Assembly: GCA_021778415.1 (NCBI GenBank)
Contig: JAJYCL010000002.1
Location: forward strand, 79,686 to 143,685
Reading direction: 5' to 3'
Length of the DNA stretch: 64,000 bases
Source of the DNA: a bacterium
Lineage (GTDB): Bacteria > Vulcanimicrobiota > Vulcanimicrobiia > Vulcanimicrobiales > Vulcanimicrobiaceae
A program made the position numbers and the translations under genes. Positions 40,233 through 49,600 of this stretch are shown piece by piece; the stretch's first letter is position 1, and every line of letters begins with the position of its first letter. Below the pieces are notes generated by a model, which was not told the DNA's origin, ran no database searches, and saw only the letters and a list, made by a program, of their open reading frames with translations.

Positions 40233-42754
40233 GGAATCACCTGTGCCATCGCCGCCGGCGTCGCCTGGGTAACGTAGAGATTGCCGTCGGTTCCGTTCGT
40301 GAGGAATTGCGGCGATGTCGTCGTGAGAGAGATCACGGTCATCATGCCGCTCGTGGTACAACGAATGAGATCGTTGTGCGTCGTATCGATCGCGTAGAGA
40401 TTTCCGTCCGAGCCGAGGGTGAGTGCGGTCGGAACGCCGCCTGCAATCGGTGTCGTGAATTCCGTGACGATTCCGGATGTCGTGATCCGTGCAATTTTAT
40501 TGGTGTTGCTTTCCGTGAACCACATGTTTCCATCGCTCCCCGATGCGAGTGAGGACACCCCCGCATTCGCTGTCGGTATGGCGTAGCTGGCAAACGTGAA
40601 ACTCGGAATCGACATCGCGGCGATGGTGTTGTTGCCGTTTTGTGCAAACCAGAGTCGCCCATCCGAGCCATTTGCCAAACCGGAGAGTGCCGTCGACGGC
40701 GTCGTTACGCACGTTCCTATGCCGGAGACACTCACCGGGCACAGCGTATTCGGCAATACCGCGGCCCACATGCCGCCATTGGACGCGACGCTTAGGGCGA
40801 CCGGCGAGCCGCTGGTTGGCGGTTGCGTGATGATAAAGCCGCTCGTGGTTGAAATGGCAATTGCGTTTCCAAGCGATTCTGCCATATAGAGATTCCCATC
40901 CGTACCACTGGCAATTGCTGTCGGCTTGCTGCCGGTTGGCAACGTAAATGGGTATTCGGTTACAACACCGCCGAGAGTCATGTTCCCATAATTGTCGGTC
41001 GTCGGTTCGGTGAACCAAAGATTGTGATCGGGTCCCGAAACGATCCCGGACGGAGCGGCGGTAAAACTTCCGCTGCCAAGTTCGGTGATGGTCCACGGTG
41101 CGCCCGGAACGGTTACTCCGCCGCCCGAAAGCGTGACGCTAACGGGAACATTTTGTGTTGTTCCATTCGCATCGGAAAATGTGATTGTTGTCGATCCGCT
41201 AGCGACGGCGCGAAGGGTGAATTGTCCGCCGCCAACTGCCGTAATCGTTGCAATGCCGGTGTTGTTGGAGACCGCGGTGATCGTTCCGGTGTAGCCTGCG
41301 ACGGTTGCTGTGAGCGTTTGCGTTTGCCCGATTGCAGTAAAGGCTTGCGTCGACGGGCTCACCACAATCGGCGCAAACGTGACGGTGACGGGAAGTGGAG
41401 CGGTGGTTCCATTCGTATCGGAAAAGGTAATCGTCGTCGATCCAGCGCCGATCGCTTTTAACGTAAAGCGCCCTCCGCCGTTGGCGGTCACCGTGGTAAT
41501 GCTTGGATTGGCGGAAACGGCTGAAATGACGCCGCTGTAGCCCGCGACGGAGGCGGAGACGGATTGCGTTTGGCCGACCTGCGTAAACGCTTGCGAGGGT
41601 ACGCTTAAAACAATTGGAGCGAAGGCCACGGTGACGGGAAGTGGCGCCGTCGTTCCGTCGGTATCGGAAAAGGTAATGGTTGTGGAGCCCATTCCGGTGG
41701 CGTTGAGAGTAAAATTCCCCCCTCCGTTCGACGTGACGCCGACAACGTTCGGATTGGCGGAAACGGCTGAAATGACGCCGCTGTAGCCAGCGACGGTTGC
41801 GGTGACCGACTGCGTTTGGCCAATCGAGGTAAACGCTTGTGTTGTCGTGCTGAGGACAATTGGCGCGAAGGCCACAGTGACTGGGAGCGTTGTGGTCGCG
41901 CCTTTCGTATCGGTAAAGGCAACCGTTGTTGTGCCTGCGCCAACAGCAGTAACCGTAAACGATGTTCCCGATGACGGAGTGACGGTCGCGACAGCCGTGT
42001 TTTGTGATGTTGCCGTAAACGCGCCGGAATAACTCGCAGCACTTGCCGCGACAACTATGGATTGCCCTTTCGTCGATAACGTGACGGTATTGGGGGAAAG
42101 AACAATGGGAAAGATCGGGTTGATGGTTTGATACAGCGCAAAAATGACAGGCGAACCACTTGGATAGGATGTGGTTCCCGTGCTGATCAGGACTTGCGCA
42201 TTCCCTGTGAATGTTTCGGCTGGCCCGGCAAAGGGCTGTTGCCAAACCGTCGATCCCGGCTGGAGTTCGGCCAGGTAGATCGGCCCTTTGGTCGGATCAA
42301 TCCCGACAAGCGTATACGAAATGCCGGGTTGTGCTGAAAATATTGTCGGCTGCGAGAAGCCGAGGGAAAGATAGAAAATCGAGGTTGCGCCGCCAGTCGT
42401 CGGCAAGGCGGGTACGCCGGACGGTTGGTTCGTCGATGCAACGGCATAGGCTGAGTCTCCGGCCGGAGCGCTGAGTGCTGCGGGAAGGCTAACAACGCCA
42501 TGTCCATTGCTGCTTGAAAATGGGATTTCGCTTGGCAATCCGCCGACGGGTGATGTCGATGGCGATCCGAAGGGCGGCGTTCCGCCGCCGGCGCTGCAGG
42601 CGCATAGCAAAAATGGAATCAAGACAAACGCCGCGATTCGCGAATTGCGCTTAGAGCGAATCCCCCTCACACATCGAGCCACGGACAGTTCTATTCGCGA
42701 GGAGCCGGAGGATGTACCTGTTCCTTGGCTAAGGGCGCCCCGAATGAAAAACAT
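40229..42754 (-). CDS. large lipoprotein: four tandem Ig-like (Big_2-type) modules plus a Vgb/streptogramin-lyase-like propeller
   Basis: Lipobox FLLCACS. Four repeats of FAPIVLS..QAFT.IGQTQ..ATVAGY.G.I.AVS.N....GGG.FTL.A.G.GSTTITFSD..GTT..LPVTV. The C-terminus has six repeats of G.DG.LWF.E/YV type. The start is uncertain because the 42754 start overlaps the divergent dehydrogenase gene. Confidence 0.75.
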   Translation of the reverse strand: MFFIRGALSQGTGTSSGSSRIELSVARCVRGIRSKRNSRIAAFVLIPFLLCACSAGGGTPPFGSPSTSPVGGLPSEIPFSSSNGHGVVSLPAALSAPAGDSAYAVASTNQPSGVPALPTTGGATSIFYLSLGFSQPTIFSAQPGISYTLVGIDPTKGPIYLAELQPGSTVWQQPFAGPAETFTGNAQVLISTGTTSYPSGSPVIFALYQTINPIFPIVLSPNTVTLSTKGQSIVVAASAASYSGAFTATSQNTAVATVTPSSGTSFTVTAVGAGTTTVAFTDTKGATTTLPVTVAFAPIVLSTTTQAFTSIGQTQSVTATVAGYSGVISAVSANPNVVGVTSNGGGNFTLNATGMGSTTITFSDTDGTTAPLPVTVAFAPIVLSVPSQAFTQVGQTQSVSASVAGYSGVISAVSANPSITTVTANGGGRFTLKAIGAGSTTITFSDTNGTTAPLPVTVTFAPIVVSPSTQAFTAIGQTQTLTATVAGYTGTITAVSNNTGIATITAVGGGQFTLRAVASGSTTITFSDANGTTQNVPVSVTLSGGGVTVPGAPWTITELGSGSFTAAPSGIVSGPDHNLWFTEPTTDNYGNMTLGGVVTEYPFTLPTGSKPTAIASGTDGNLYMAESLGNAIAISTTSGFIITQPPTSGSPVALSVASNGGMWAAVLPNTLCPVSVSGIGTCVTTPSTALSGLANGSDGRLWFAQNGNNTIAAMSIPSFTFASYAIPTANAGVSSLASGSDGNMWFTESNTNKIARITTSGIVTEFTTPIAGGVPTALTLGSDGNLYAIDTTHNDLIRCTTSGMMTVISLTTTSPQFLTNGTDGNLYVTQATPAAMAQVIP
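41120..42112 (-). repeat. four tandem ~246-nt coding repeats (82-aa Ig-like modules)
   Basis: Near-identical DNA blocks, e.g. gcggaaacggctgaaatgacgccgctgtagcc recurring about 246 nt apart (~41.51 kb and ~41.76 kb). Boundaries are approximate. Confidence 0.75.
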
Positions 42755-43637
42755 TGGATTTCTTGGTTTGGGTGCAATGGGCGAACCGATGGTGCAGTCG
42801 TTGCTGCGCGCCGGTTTTACGGTGCGGGTAGCTGCTCATCGCAAGCGCGAAGCCTTTGATCGGCTCGTTTCCTCCGGTTGCATCGCGTGTTCCGATCCGG
42901 CCGAGGTCGCACGGCACTCCGAGGCGATTATCGTCTGCGTCCCCGATTCACCGCAGGTCGATGAGGTGCTCTTCGGAGCAAACGGTGTCGCCGCCGGGGT
43001 GAAAAAGGGTGCGATCGTCATCGATATGTCAACGATTGCGCCAACGGCCTCTCGGGGCTTTGCGGATCGCTTGGGGGCTCAAGAGGTCGCGTTCGTCGAT
43101 GCTCCGGTGAGCGGCGGTCCGGCGCGTGCCCTGGCTGGAACCCTCACGATCATGGCCGGCGCTAGCGACACCGATTTTGAGCGGGTCAGACCACTGCTTG
43201 AGGCGATGGGGACGGCTCACCACGTCGGACCTGTCGGGATGGGCGAGACGGTCAAATTGGTCAATCAGATTATCATCGCCAACGTCATGGTGGCCAATGC
43301 CGAGGCGCTCACATTTGCCTCGGTGATGGGAGCGGATCGTGACGCAGTACGAAAAGTTCTTGCAGGGGCGACCGGAAACAACTACCTTTTGGAGCAATGG
43401 TTGCCGAAAACGTGGTTTGCCGGGACATTCGAAGGTGGGTTCGCGATGGACTTGCTCCGAAAGGATGTTGCGGCAGCGCTGGATACTGCGCGCACCATGA
43501 ACCTAGCGATGCCGGCATCGGCGTTTGCCTACCAACTTTACACGGCACAATCCGCAGAAGGAGACGGCGGTCGCGACTACACTGCGATTGCCAAATTGTA
43601 TGAACGGCTCGCCGGACATCAAAATTCAACGCGGTAG
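42744..43637 (+). CDS. NAD(P)-dependent 3-hydroxyisobutyrate/tartronate-semialdehyde reductase family oxidoreductase
   Basis: MKNIGFLGLGAMGEPM.. Rossmann motif and a HIBADH-like body (DAPVSGG). The upstream part of the 376-aa ORF is discarded. Confidence 0.88.
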   Translation: MKNIGFLGLGAMGEPMVQSLLRAGFTVRVAAHRKREAFDRLVSSGCIACSDPAEVARHSEAIIVCVPDSPQVDEVLFGANGVAAGVKKGAIVIDMSTIAPTASRGFADRLGAQEVAFVDAPVSGGPARALAGTLTIMAGASDTDFERVRPLLEAMGTAHHVGPVGMGETVKLVNQIIIANVMVANAEALTFASVMGADRDAVRKVLAGATGNNYLLEQWLPKTWFAGTFEGGFAMDLLRKDVAAALDTARTMNLAMPASAFAYQLYTAQSAEGDGGRDYTAIAKLYERLAGHQNSTR

Positions 43638-44340
43638 CTTCACGAAGCACCCCGATTTCAACAAAAAAATTCTTGTCGTCGACGATGAATCTGCGATATT
43701 GCAGACATTGCGCTTTAATCTGGAGCGCAGCGGGTACGCCGTAGTGACGGCGGGCGACGGTCGCAGTGCCATTGCCATGGCCCAGCGTGAACAGCCCGAT
43801 CTCATCGTGCTGGATATCATGTTGCCGATCCTCGACGGAATCGAAGCTTGCAAAGAAATTCGGAAGTTTTCTTCGGTGCCGATCATCATGCTGACCGCCA
43901 AAGATCAAGAGATCGATAAGGTTCTCGCTCTCGAACTCGGTGCCGACGATTACGTGACCAAGCCGTTCGCGTTACATGAATTTTTGGCCCGTGTAAAGGC
44001 GCGCTTGCGTCGACAATCGACGATCTCGGCAAATGGGGACGAAGCAATTTCGCTTGGCGAAATCGTGTTGGATCCATCGCGTCAACATTTGAAAGTCCGT
44101 GGTAAGGATGTTTCTCTCGCTCCAAAAGAGTTCGCGCTGTTGCGCGTCCTTATGGAAAATAATGGGCGAGTGGTGACACGTCAGAGTTTGCTCGACAAAG
44201 TGTGGGGCTACGATTTCGATGGAGAACATCAAACCGTCAGCGTTCACATTCGTTGGTTACGCGAGAAGATCGAAGAAGATTCACGAAATCCGCGGCATAT
44301 CGTAACGGTGCGCAGTCGCGGATATATGTTCAAAGAATAA
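43600..44340 (+). CDS. OmpR/PhoB-family response regulator
   Basis: Receiver domain KILVVDDE..DLIVLDIMLP..MLTAK and winged helix LL.VLMENNGRVVTRQSLLDKVWG. Start uncertain. Confidence 0.88.
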   Translation: MNGSPDIKIQRGSFTKHPDFNKKILVVDDESAILQTLRFNLERSGYAVVTAGDGRSAIAMAQREQPDLIVLDIMLPILDGIEACKEIRKFSSVPIIMLTAKDQEIDKVLALELGADDYVTKPFALHEFLARVKARLRRQSTISANGDEAISLGEIVLDPSRQHLKVRGKDVSLAPKEFALLRVLMENNGRVVTRQSLLDKVWGYDFDGEHQTVSVHIRWLREKIEEDSRNPRHIVTVRSRGYMFKE

Positions 44341-44356
44341 GGCGCAGGCAACAACG

Positions 44357-45487
44357 ATGTTGGGCGCATTTTCGCGGGCCCTTGGTTTGCGACGCTCGGA
44401 AGAAATCTCGGAAGTCGCCGGGAGCGTCAGCGATGTTTCCGATGAGCGACGTGAGGGAGCATTTGAGCGCGTTGTTCGCGCACTGAATACCGGCGTCATC
44501 CTCATTGATGAGCGTCGGAGGATCGAGTTCGTCAACGATGCGGCGGCAGCGCTTTTTGGTTTTGATGTTGAACGGGCAATAGGAGCACACGTCCTCTCCG
44601 CGATTCCGAATATCGAATTGGAACGACGCATTGAAGAAGCGTTCTCGGGCGAGGCATCGATAGCTCCATTAACCGTTACGAGCGTCGAAGGAAATCGTAT
44701 TCACGCTGTGTCCGTGGTCCCGCTCGATAGCGGAAGCGGGGCTCCCCGTGGTGCCGTGGTCATCGCCGAAGATCGCACCGAGGCTGGGCGCTTGGATCGC
44801 GCACGGACCGAACTCATCTCCAACGTCTCGCACGAATTGCGTACGCCACTCTCTTCGATCAAGCTGATGTTGGAGACGGTCATTGCCTCGGCCGATCAGG
44901 AGACTGCCGATCTTTTTGTTCCGCAGGCGTTGGCGCAAGTCGATCGTTTGGCGACGCTCGTCGAGAAACTGCTGGATCAGGCGCGTAGCGAATCCGGTGT
45001 GCTTCGCTTGCGATTACAAGACTGCGATATCGAAGCGGTTGCAAAACCGATTGTTGCGTCGTTTGAAGCGCATGCGGCGGCAAAGAACATCCGACTTCGG
45101 TTGCTTGCCTCACGTCCCGTCCGCGTTGAGGCGGATCCCGACCGCCTCGCACAAGTCTTTGTCAATCTTGTGGATAACGCCATTCGGCATACGCCGGAAG
45201 GGGGAACCGTCACCGTAGAACTCGACGCCGCAGGCGGCGATGCCATCGCTCGAGTCCGCGATACGGGTTCCGGAATTCCGTTCCGCGATCTGCCGCACGT
45301 CTTCGACCGTTTTTACGTCGTCGACCGTTCTCGTGCGCGTTCGAGTAGCGGCGCCGGCCTCGGTCTCTCAATTGTGAAGCAAATCGTGGATGCCCACGGC
45401 GGAACGATTACGGCCGAATCACGCCTGGGCAAGGGGACGACTTTTACCCTAAGCCTCCCGATTTTGCATCTGGGAAGCGCCCGTTAA
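44357..45487 (+). CDS. sensor histidine kinase (PAS-HisKA-HATPase; no TM segment recognised)
   Basis: H box SNVSHELRTPLSSI, N box VDNAIRHTP, G boxes DTGSGIP and GAGLGLSIVK. Confidence 0.88.
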   Translation: MLGAFSRALGLRRSEEISEVAGSVSDVSDERREGAFERVVRALNTGVILIDERRRIEFVNDAAAALFGFDVERAIGAHVLSAIPNIELERRIEEAFSGEASIAPLTVTSVEGNRIHAVSVVPLDSGSGAPRGAVVIAEDRTEAGRLDRARTELISNVSHELRTPLSSIKLMLETVIASADQETADLFVPQALAQVDRLATLVEKLLDQARSESGVLRLRLQDCDIEAVAKPIVASFEAHAAAKNIRLRLLASRPVRVEADPDRLAQVFVNLVDNAIRHTPEGGTVTVELDAAGGDAIARVRDTGSGIPFRDLPHVFDRFYVVDRSRARSSSGAGLGLSIVKQIVDAHGGTITAESRLGKGTTFTLSLPILHLGSAR

Positions 45488-45562
45488 GCGTCCTTAAAGA
45501 ATGATTTTACCGCCGTTTTCTCGCATGTACCAGATAACTCGCGCTCGTTCAACGCTAGGATT

Positions 45563-46345
45563 ATGACGACTTCGATCGCCCCTTCCGCCACGCACACGAA
45601 ACTCGATATTCGCGCGCTCAATGTGTATTATGGTGCATTTCAAGCGATACAAAACGCCTCGCTTGCGGTGCCCGATCATTGTGTGATGGCGCTAATCGGC
45701 CCATCGGGTTGTGGAAAATCGACCTTCTTGCGAGCCCTCAATCGTATGCACGATTTGCAGCCGGGCACGCGAGTCGAAGGCAAAGTTTTGCTCGATGGAT
45801 CCGATATCTATGCGCCCGGTATCGATGCCGTCGCAATCCGTCATCGCATTGGAATGGTCTTTCAACGGCCGAATCCATTTCCGAAATCGATTTTTGATAA
45901 TGTTGCCTACGGGCCAAGGCTGCATGGAACGCAAGATAAGAAGACGCTCATGGAGATCGCCGAGCGATCGCTGCGTTCGGCTGCACTCTGGGACGAAGTC
46001 AAAGACCGGATGGATAAATCTGCGCTGACGCTCTCCGGCGGTCAGCAACAGCGACTGTGTATTGCTCGGTGTTTAGCTGTGGATCCTGAAGTCGTCTTGA
46101 TGGATGAACCCGCTTCCGCACTCGATCCGATTGCCACGAGTAAAATCGAAGATCTTATCGATGGGCTCAAAGACAAATATACGGTCGTCATCGTGACGCA
46201 TTCGATGCAACAGGCCGCTCGTATTTCCGATTTCACGGCATTTTTCTTAATGGGCGAACTCGTCGAACTGAGCACGACGTCGGAAATTTTCACTAAGCCA
46301 AAAGATAAGCGCACCGAAGACTACATCACCGGCCGCTACGGCTAA
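45563..46345 (+). CDS. pstB: phosphate ABC transporter ATP-binding protein PstB
   Basis: LNVYYG..QA..., [34 protein letters not shown] and DEPASALDP, with a YITGRYG end. Confidence 0.92.
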   Translation: MTTSIAPSATHTKLDIRALNVYYGAFQAIQNASLAVPDHCVMALIGPSGCGKSTFLRALNRMHDLQPGTRVEGKVLLDGSDIYAPGIDAVAIRHRIGMVFQRPNPFPKSIFDNVAYGPRLHGTQDKKTLMEIAERSLRSAALWDEVKDRMDKSALTLSGGQQQRLCIARCLAVDPEVVLMDEPASALDPIATSKIEDLIDGLKDKYTVVIVTHSMQQAARISDFTAFFLMGELVELSTTSEIFTKPKDKRTEDYITGRYG

Positions 46346-46347
46346 AA

Positions 46348-46667
46348 GCCACCCTGAGGAGCGCACGAAGTGCTGTGACCCTGAGGAGCGCACGAAGTGC
46401 TGTCACCCTGAGGAGCGAACGGAGTGCGCGTCTCGAAGGGTCGAAGGGTCGCGGGTCGCGGGGAAATGTTGCACGCTGTCGCGTGCTCCGTTTGAATGGT
46501 GCTTCGAGACGCTCGCTGCGCTCGCTCCTCAGCATGACAGGCCTGTCACCCTGAGGAGCGCACGGAGTGCGCGTCTCGAAGGGCGCTCGCTCCTCATGCT
46601 TCGAGACGCTCGCTGCGCGTGCTCCTCATGCTTCGAGACGCTCGCTGCGCTCGCTCCTCAGCATGAC
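46348..46667. repeat. cluster of seven REP/MITE-like ~27-39-nt units in both orientations
   Basis: Forward units (g[tc]caccctgaggagcgcacggagtgcgcgtctcgaaggg type) lie at 46348, 46375, 46402 and 46545. Inverted units (gcttcgagacgctcgctgcgctcgctcctcagcatgac) lie at 46501, 46598 and 46630. A CA-rich run follows at 46667-46689. Confidence 0.85.
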
Positions 46668-46873
46668 ACATACACACACACGCACATGTGGGGGCGACGT
46701 TCGGGGTTGACGGGTTTGGGGCGTAAAGGGTAAGGTTCGGGGCAGAGGAGTTTTGCTTGCAGGAGCAACCTGCAGGCTCGCCCGATACCACCTTAACGCT
46801 ATTTTAAGGCGGAGTGGGTAAACTACGGCGGGGATTCCCCGCACCTCTCCATTTCTAGCTAGGAGATATTTTC

Positions 46874-48442
46874 GTGAAATCAATCATCGCACGCGTCGGC
46901 TTGGCCCTCGCTGCGCTGGTTCTCGGCAGCACTGCAATTTCGTCGGCGGCAACACAGGACACACCGACGCATAAAGTAGTGGCTCAGGCCCCGGCCAAGA
47001 AGCACGCCAAGAGCCCGTTCAGCTATAAAGGCTTTATCCGCGCCTACAACTTTACCCGTCAAAACGCCAGTGGTGGCGTTGCGCAGGTCAACCAACAGTC
47101 ATTCAATATGGCCTTGGATCTGCATGGCGATTACAAATTCGTTGGCACCCCGTTCTCGATCGGTGCGACGTACTTCTACGCCAATCCGCTGGGCTCGTGC
47201 TCAAATGCACAAGATCATGCCTTCGGATCGGCATGCGTTTCGAACAAGGCACCGGGCTTGAATCCCGATGACACGTTGCCCGGCTATACGCTGAGCACGT
47301 TGATGGAAACGTACGTGAAGTACAATGCCGGACGTTTCAATGCAACGCTCGGCAATCAGCTCTGGGCGACGCCTTGGGCCAATCCTTCGGATTCGCGCGT
47401 CAAACCGGCCGCGTTCCAAGGCTTCGATGCCAACTATGCGTTCAACAAGACCTGGTCTGTTGAAGGTTCGTACATGACGCGCTTTGAGTCGCGTACGTCA
47501 TCGGCGTTCGATAACACGACGTTGATCACGGCCTGCGTTCCCGGTACCAACGGTATCGAGAGCACCGCTGTCGGCGCTGCCTGCGGCTTAAATTCGTATC
47601 CGCGTGTCACCAACAGCGGTTTCCTCTACGGGAAACTCGCCTACAACGGTCCGAAGGGCCTTTCGGCTGCACTTCATTACTACACGTTCAGCAATCTTGC
47701 GAACCTGACGTACTTTGAAGGCCGTTATAATCTCCCGTACGCCAACAAGTACAAGCCATATGTGATGGCACAGTATGCAACGGAAAAGAACACCGGTAAC
47801 AACATCGTCGGCAAGATCAACGCAACGGCGTTCGGTCTTAAGGGCGGACTTTCGTTGACGCCGAATGTGGACTTCTTTGTTGCCTACGATACCGTTCCAT
47901 CGAAGAGCGATACGTACACCAATGCGCAGATCGCTGCGACCGGTGTGACGTGTACCGCCGCTGGCGCATCAACGAACGGCTTCATCAAGGGTAACGGAAC
48001 GTTGCCATATTGGTTGCCGCAAGGCGGTAACCCGGATTGCACCGTTAACGCGGCAGCCGGCACGACGACCGTGTACTACGGTGGCTTTGCTTCGCCGTAC
48101 ACGTTCTCGTACGCAACCGATCCACTCTTCACCACGTCGATGACGCAGGGCTTCGCCGATCGCGGCATGTCCGGTTCGGCTGTGAAGTTCCAACTGAACT
48201 TCACCTCGTCGGATAAACGCTTCAACGGCATCCTCTCGCGCGCATATTACAACTACAACAACGGTGCCGGCGTCTCGCCGACCCAAGAAACCGATGCCGA
48301 TGCATGGTTCTACCTGCAAAAGCCGGGCAAGGGTCTGCTCGTTCGTTACCGTTACGGAGAGCGCACGCAGCAGTTCACCTCTGCGTTCGGTGGGCTCCCG
48401 CTCTTCAAGTACAACCGCGCTCAACTCGAATACGACTTCTAA
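46874..48442 (+). CDS. outer-membrane beta-barrel porin (candidate)
   Basis: Signal peptide MKSIIARVGLALAALVLGSTAISSAA, a Y/G/N-rich alternating pattern, and a C-terminus ..AQLEYDF ending in Phe. GTG start with AGGAG upstream. Confidence 0.7.
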   Translation: MKSIIARVGLALAALVLGSTAISSAATQDTPTHKVVAQAPAKKHAKSPFSYKGFIRAYNFTRQNASGGVAQVNQQSFNMALDLHGDYKFVGTPFSIGATYFYANPLGSCSNAQDHAFGSACVSNKAPGLNPDDTLPGYTLSTLMETYVKYNAGRFNATLGNQLWATPWANPSDSRVKPAAFQGFDANYAFNKTWSVEGSYMTRFESRTSSAFDNTTLITACVPGTNGIESTAVGAACGLNSYPRVTNSGFLYGKLAYNGPKGLSAALHYYTFSNLANLTYFEGRYNLPYANKYKPYVMAQYATEKNTGNNIVGKINATAFGLKGGLSLTPNVDFFVAYDTVPSKSDTYTNAQIAATGVTCTAAGASTNGFIKGNGTLPYWLPQGGNPDCTVNAAAGTTTVYYGGFASPYTFSYATDPLFTTSMTQGFADRGMSGSAVKFQLNFTSSDKRFNGILSRAYYNYNNGAGVSPTQETDADAWFYLQKPGKGLLVRYRYGERTQQFTSAFGGLPLFKYNRAQLEYDF

Positions 48443-48463
48443 AGCATCGCGTTCGCAGACGCA

Positions 48464-48503
48464 CGCAAGGGTCGGCAGAAATGCCGGCCCTTGTGCGTTT
48501 TTT
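48464..48503 (+). terminator. rho-independent terminator after the porin gene
   Basis: caagggtcggc-agaaat-gccggcccttg followed by tgcgTTTTTT. Confidence 0.8.
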
Positions 48504-48541
48504 CGAGGTGCGTTCGCCTTCCACGCGAATACTTGAGCCCG

Positions 48542-49600
48542 ATGAATGCGATGATGAAAGCGCTGGTTAAAACCGCGCCACAAGCGGGTTTTACGCTCAG
48601 CGACGTCCCTGTGCCCACCATCGGTCCGACCGACGTTCTCATCCGCGTCGAAAAAGCCGGCGTTTGCGGCACGGACGCGCATATTTACGGTTGGGATGTC
48701 TGGGCGCAAAACCGCGTGAAACCGCCACTGGTGATCGGCCACGAGTTCATGGGGACCGTCACGGCTATCGGCGCGGCAGTGCGATCAATCCATGTTGGTC
48801 AGCGCGTGAGTGCGGAAGGCCATATTGCCGATCTCACCTGCGTGCTTTGCCGTACGGGTGACGCGCATATTTGCGAGCGCGTCAAAATTATCGGCGTCGA
48901 TCGCGATGGGGCGTTCGCCGAATATATTGCGATGCCCGAATACAATGTGTGGCCGCTCGACGATGCCATTCCCGATGAGTTTGCCGCCATTTTCGATCCG
49001 CTTGGCAATGCCGTGCATACGGTGATGGCGGCCGGCGTCAGCACGAAATCGGTGGTTATTACCGGTGTCGGATCGATTGGCTTGATGGCGATTCCCGTCG
49101 CTCGCGCAGCGGGTGCGGCCTCGGTTTTTGCCATCGATGTGAATCCGGCGAAGCTTGAACTTGCCGCTCGTTTGGGCGCCGATGCCACCTACATGGCAAC
49201 GGATCCGAATCTCGTCGATGAGATTCTTCGCCGCACGAACGGTGACGGTGTCGATGTTTTACTGGAGATGTCGGGAAGCGGTGCGGCTATCGATGCAGGC
49301 CTACGCATGGTTCGCAATGGCGGGCGCGCCGCGCTTCTCGGAATTCCCAGTGATGACGTAAAAATCAATCTCGCGGAGCGCATTATTTTCAAGGGTCTCA
49401 CGGTGCTGGGAATCAACGGGCGCCGCATGTTTGAAACGTGGTATCAAACCCAGGCGTTGGTGAAATCCGGGCGCGTAGATCTGCGTCCGATTATTTCGCA
49501 CGTCTTGCCGTACACGGAATTCGATCGGGCATTCGCGCTGATGAAAAGCGGCGAAGCCGTAAAAATTGTTCTCGATTTTAAGGGAGATGGCGCACGGTGA
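48542..49600 (+). CDS. tdh: L-threonine 3-dehydrogenase
   Basis: MKALVKT..., CGTDAHIY, GHEFMGTV, and the structural Zn Cys cluster. The start may be the MKALV Met at 48554. Confidence 0.92.
   Translation: MNAMMKALVKTAPQAGFTLSDVPVPTIGPTDVLIRVEKAGVCGTDAHIYGWDVWAQNRVKPPLVIGHEFMGTVTAIGAAVRSIHVGQRVSAEGHIADLTCVLCRTGDAHICERVKIIGVDRDGAFAEYIAMPEYNVWPLDDAIPDEFAAIFDPLGNAVHTVMAAGVSTKSVVITGVGSIGLMAIPVARAAGAASVFAIDVNPAKLELAARLGADATYMATDPNLVDEILRRTNGDGVDVLLEMSGSGAAIDAGLRMVRNGGRAALLGIPSDDVKINLAERIIFKGLTVLGINGRRMFETWYQTQALVKSGRVDLRPIISHVLPYTEFDRAFALMKSGEAVKIVLDFKGDGAR

Noticed and set aside
42507-42743. 79-aa N-terminal extension of the dehydrogenase ORF
   Set aside because: The canonical Rossmann N-terminus MKNIGFLGLGAMG starts at 42744. 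The extension is antisense to the lipoprotein gene's 5' end.
46348-46667. Possible CRISPR array
   Set aside because: The repeats occur in both orientations and are partly directly tandem. They are not separated by unique spacers of regular length, and no cas genes are nearby. The features fit REP/MITE-like elements.
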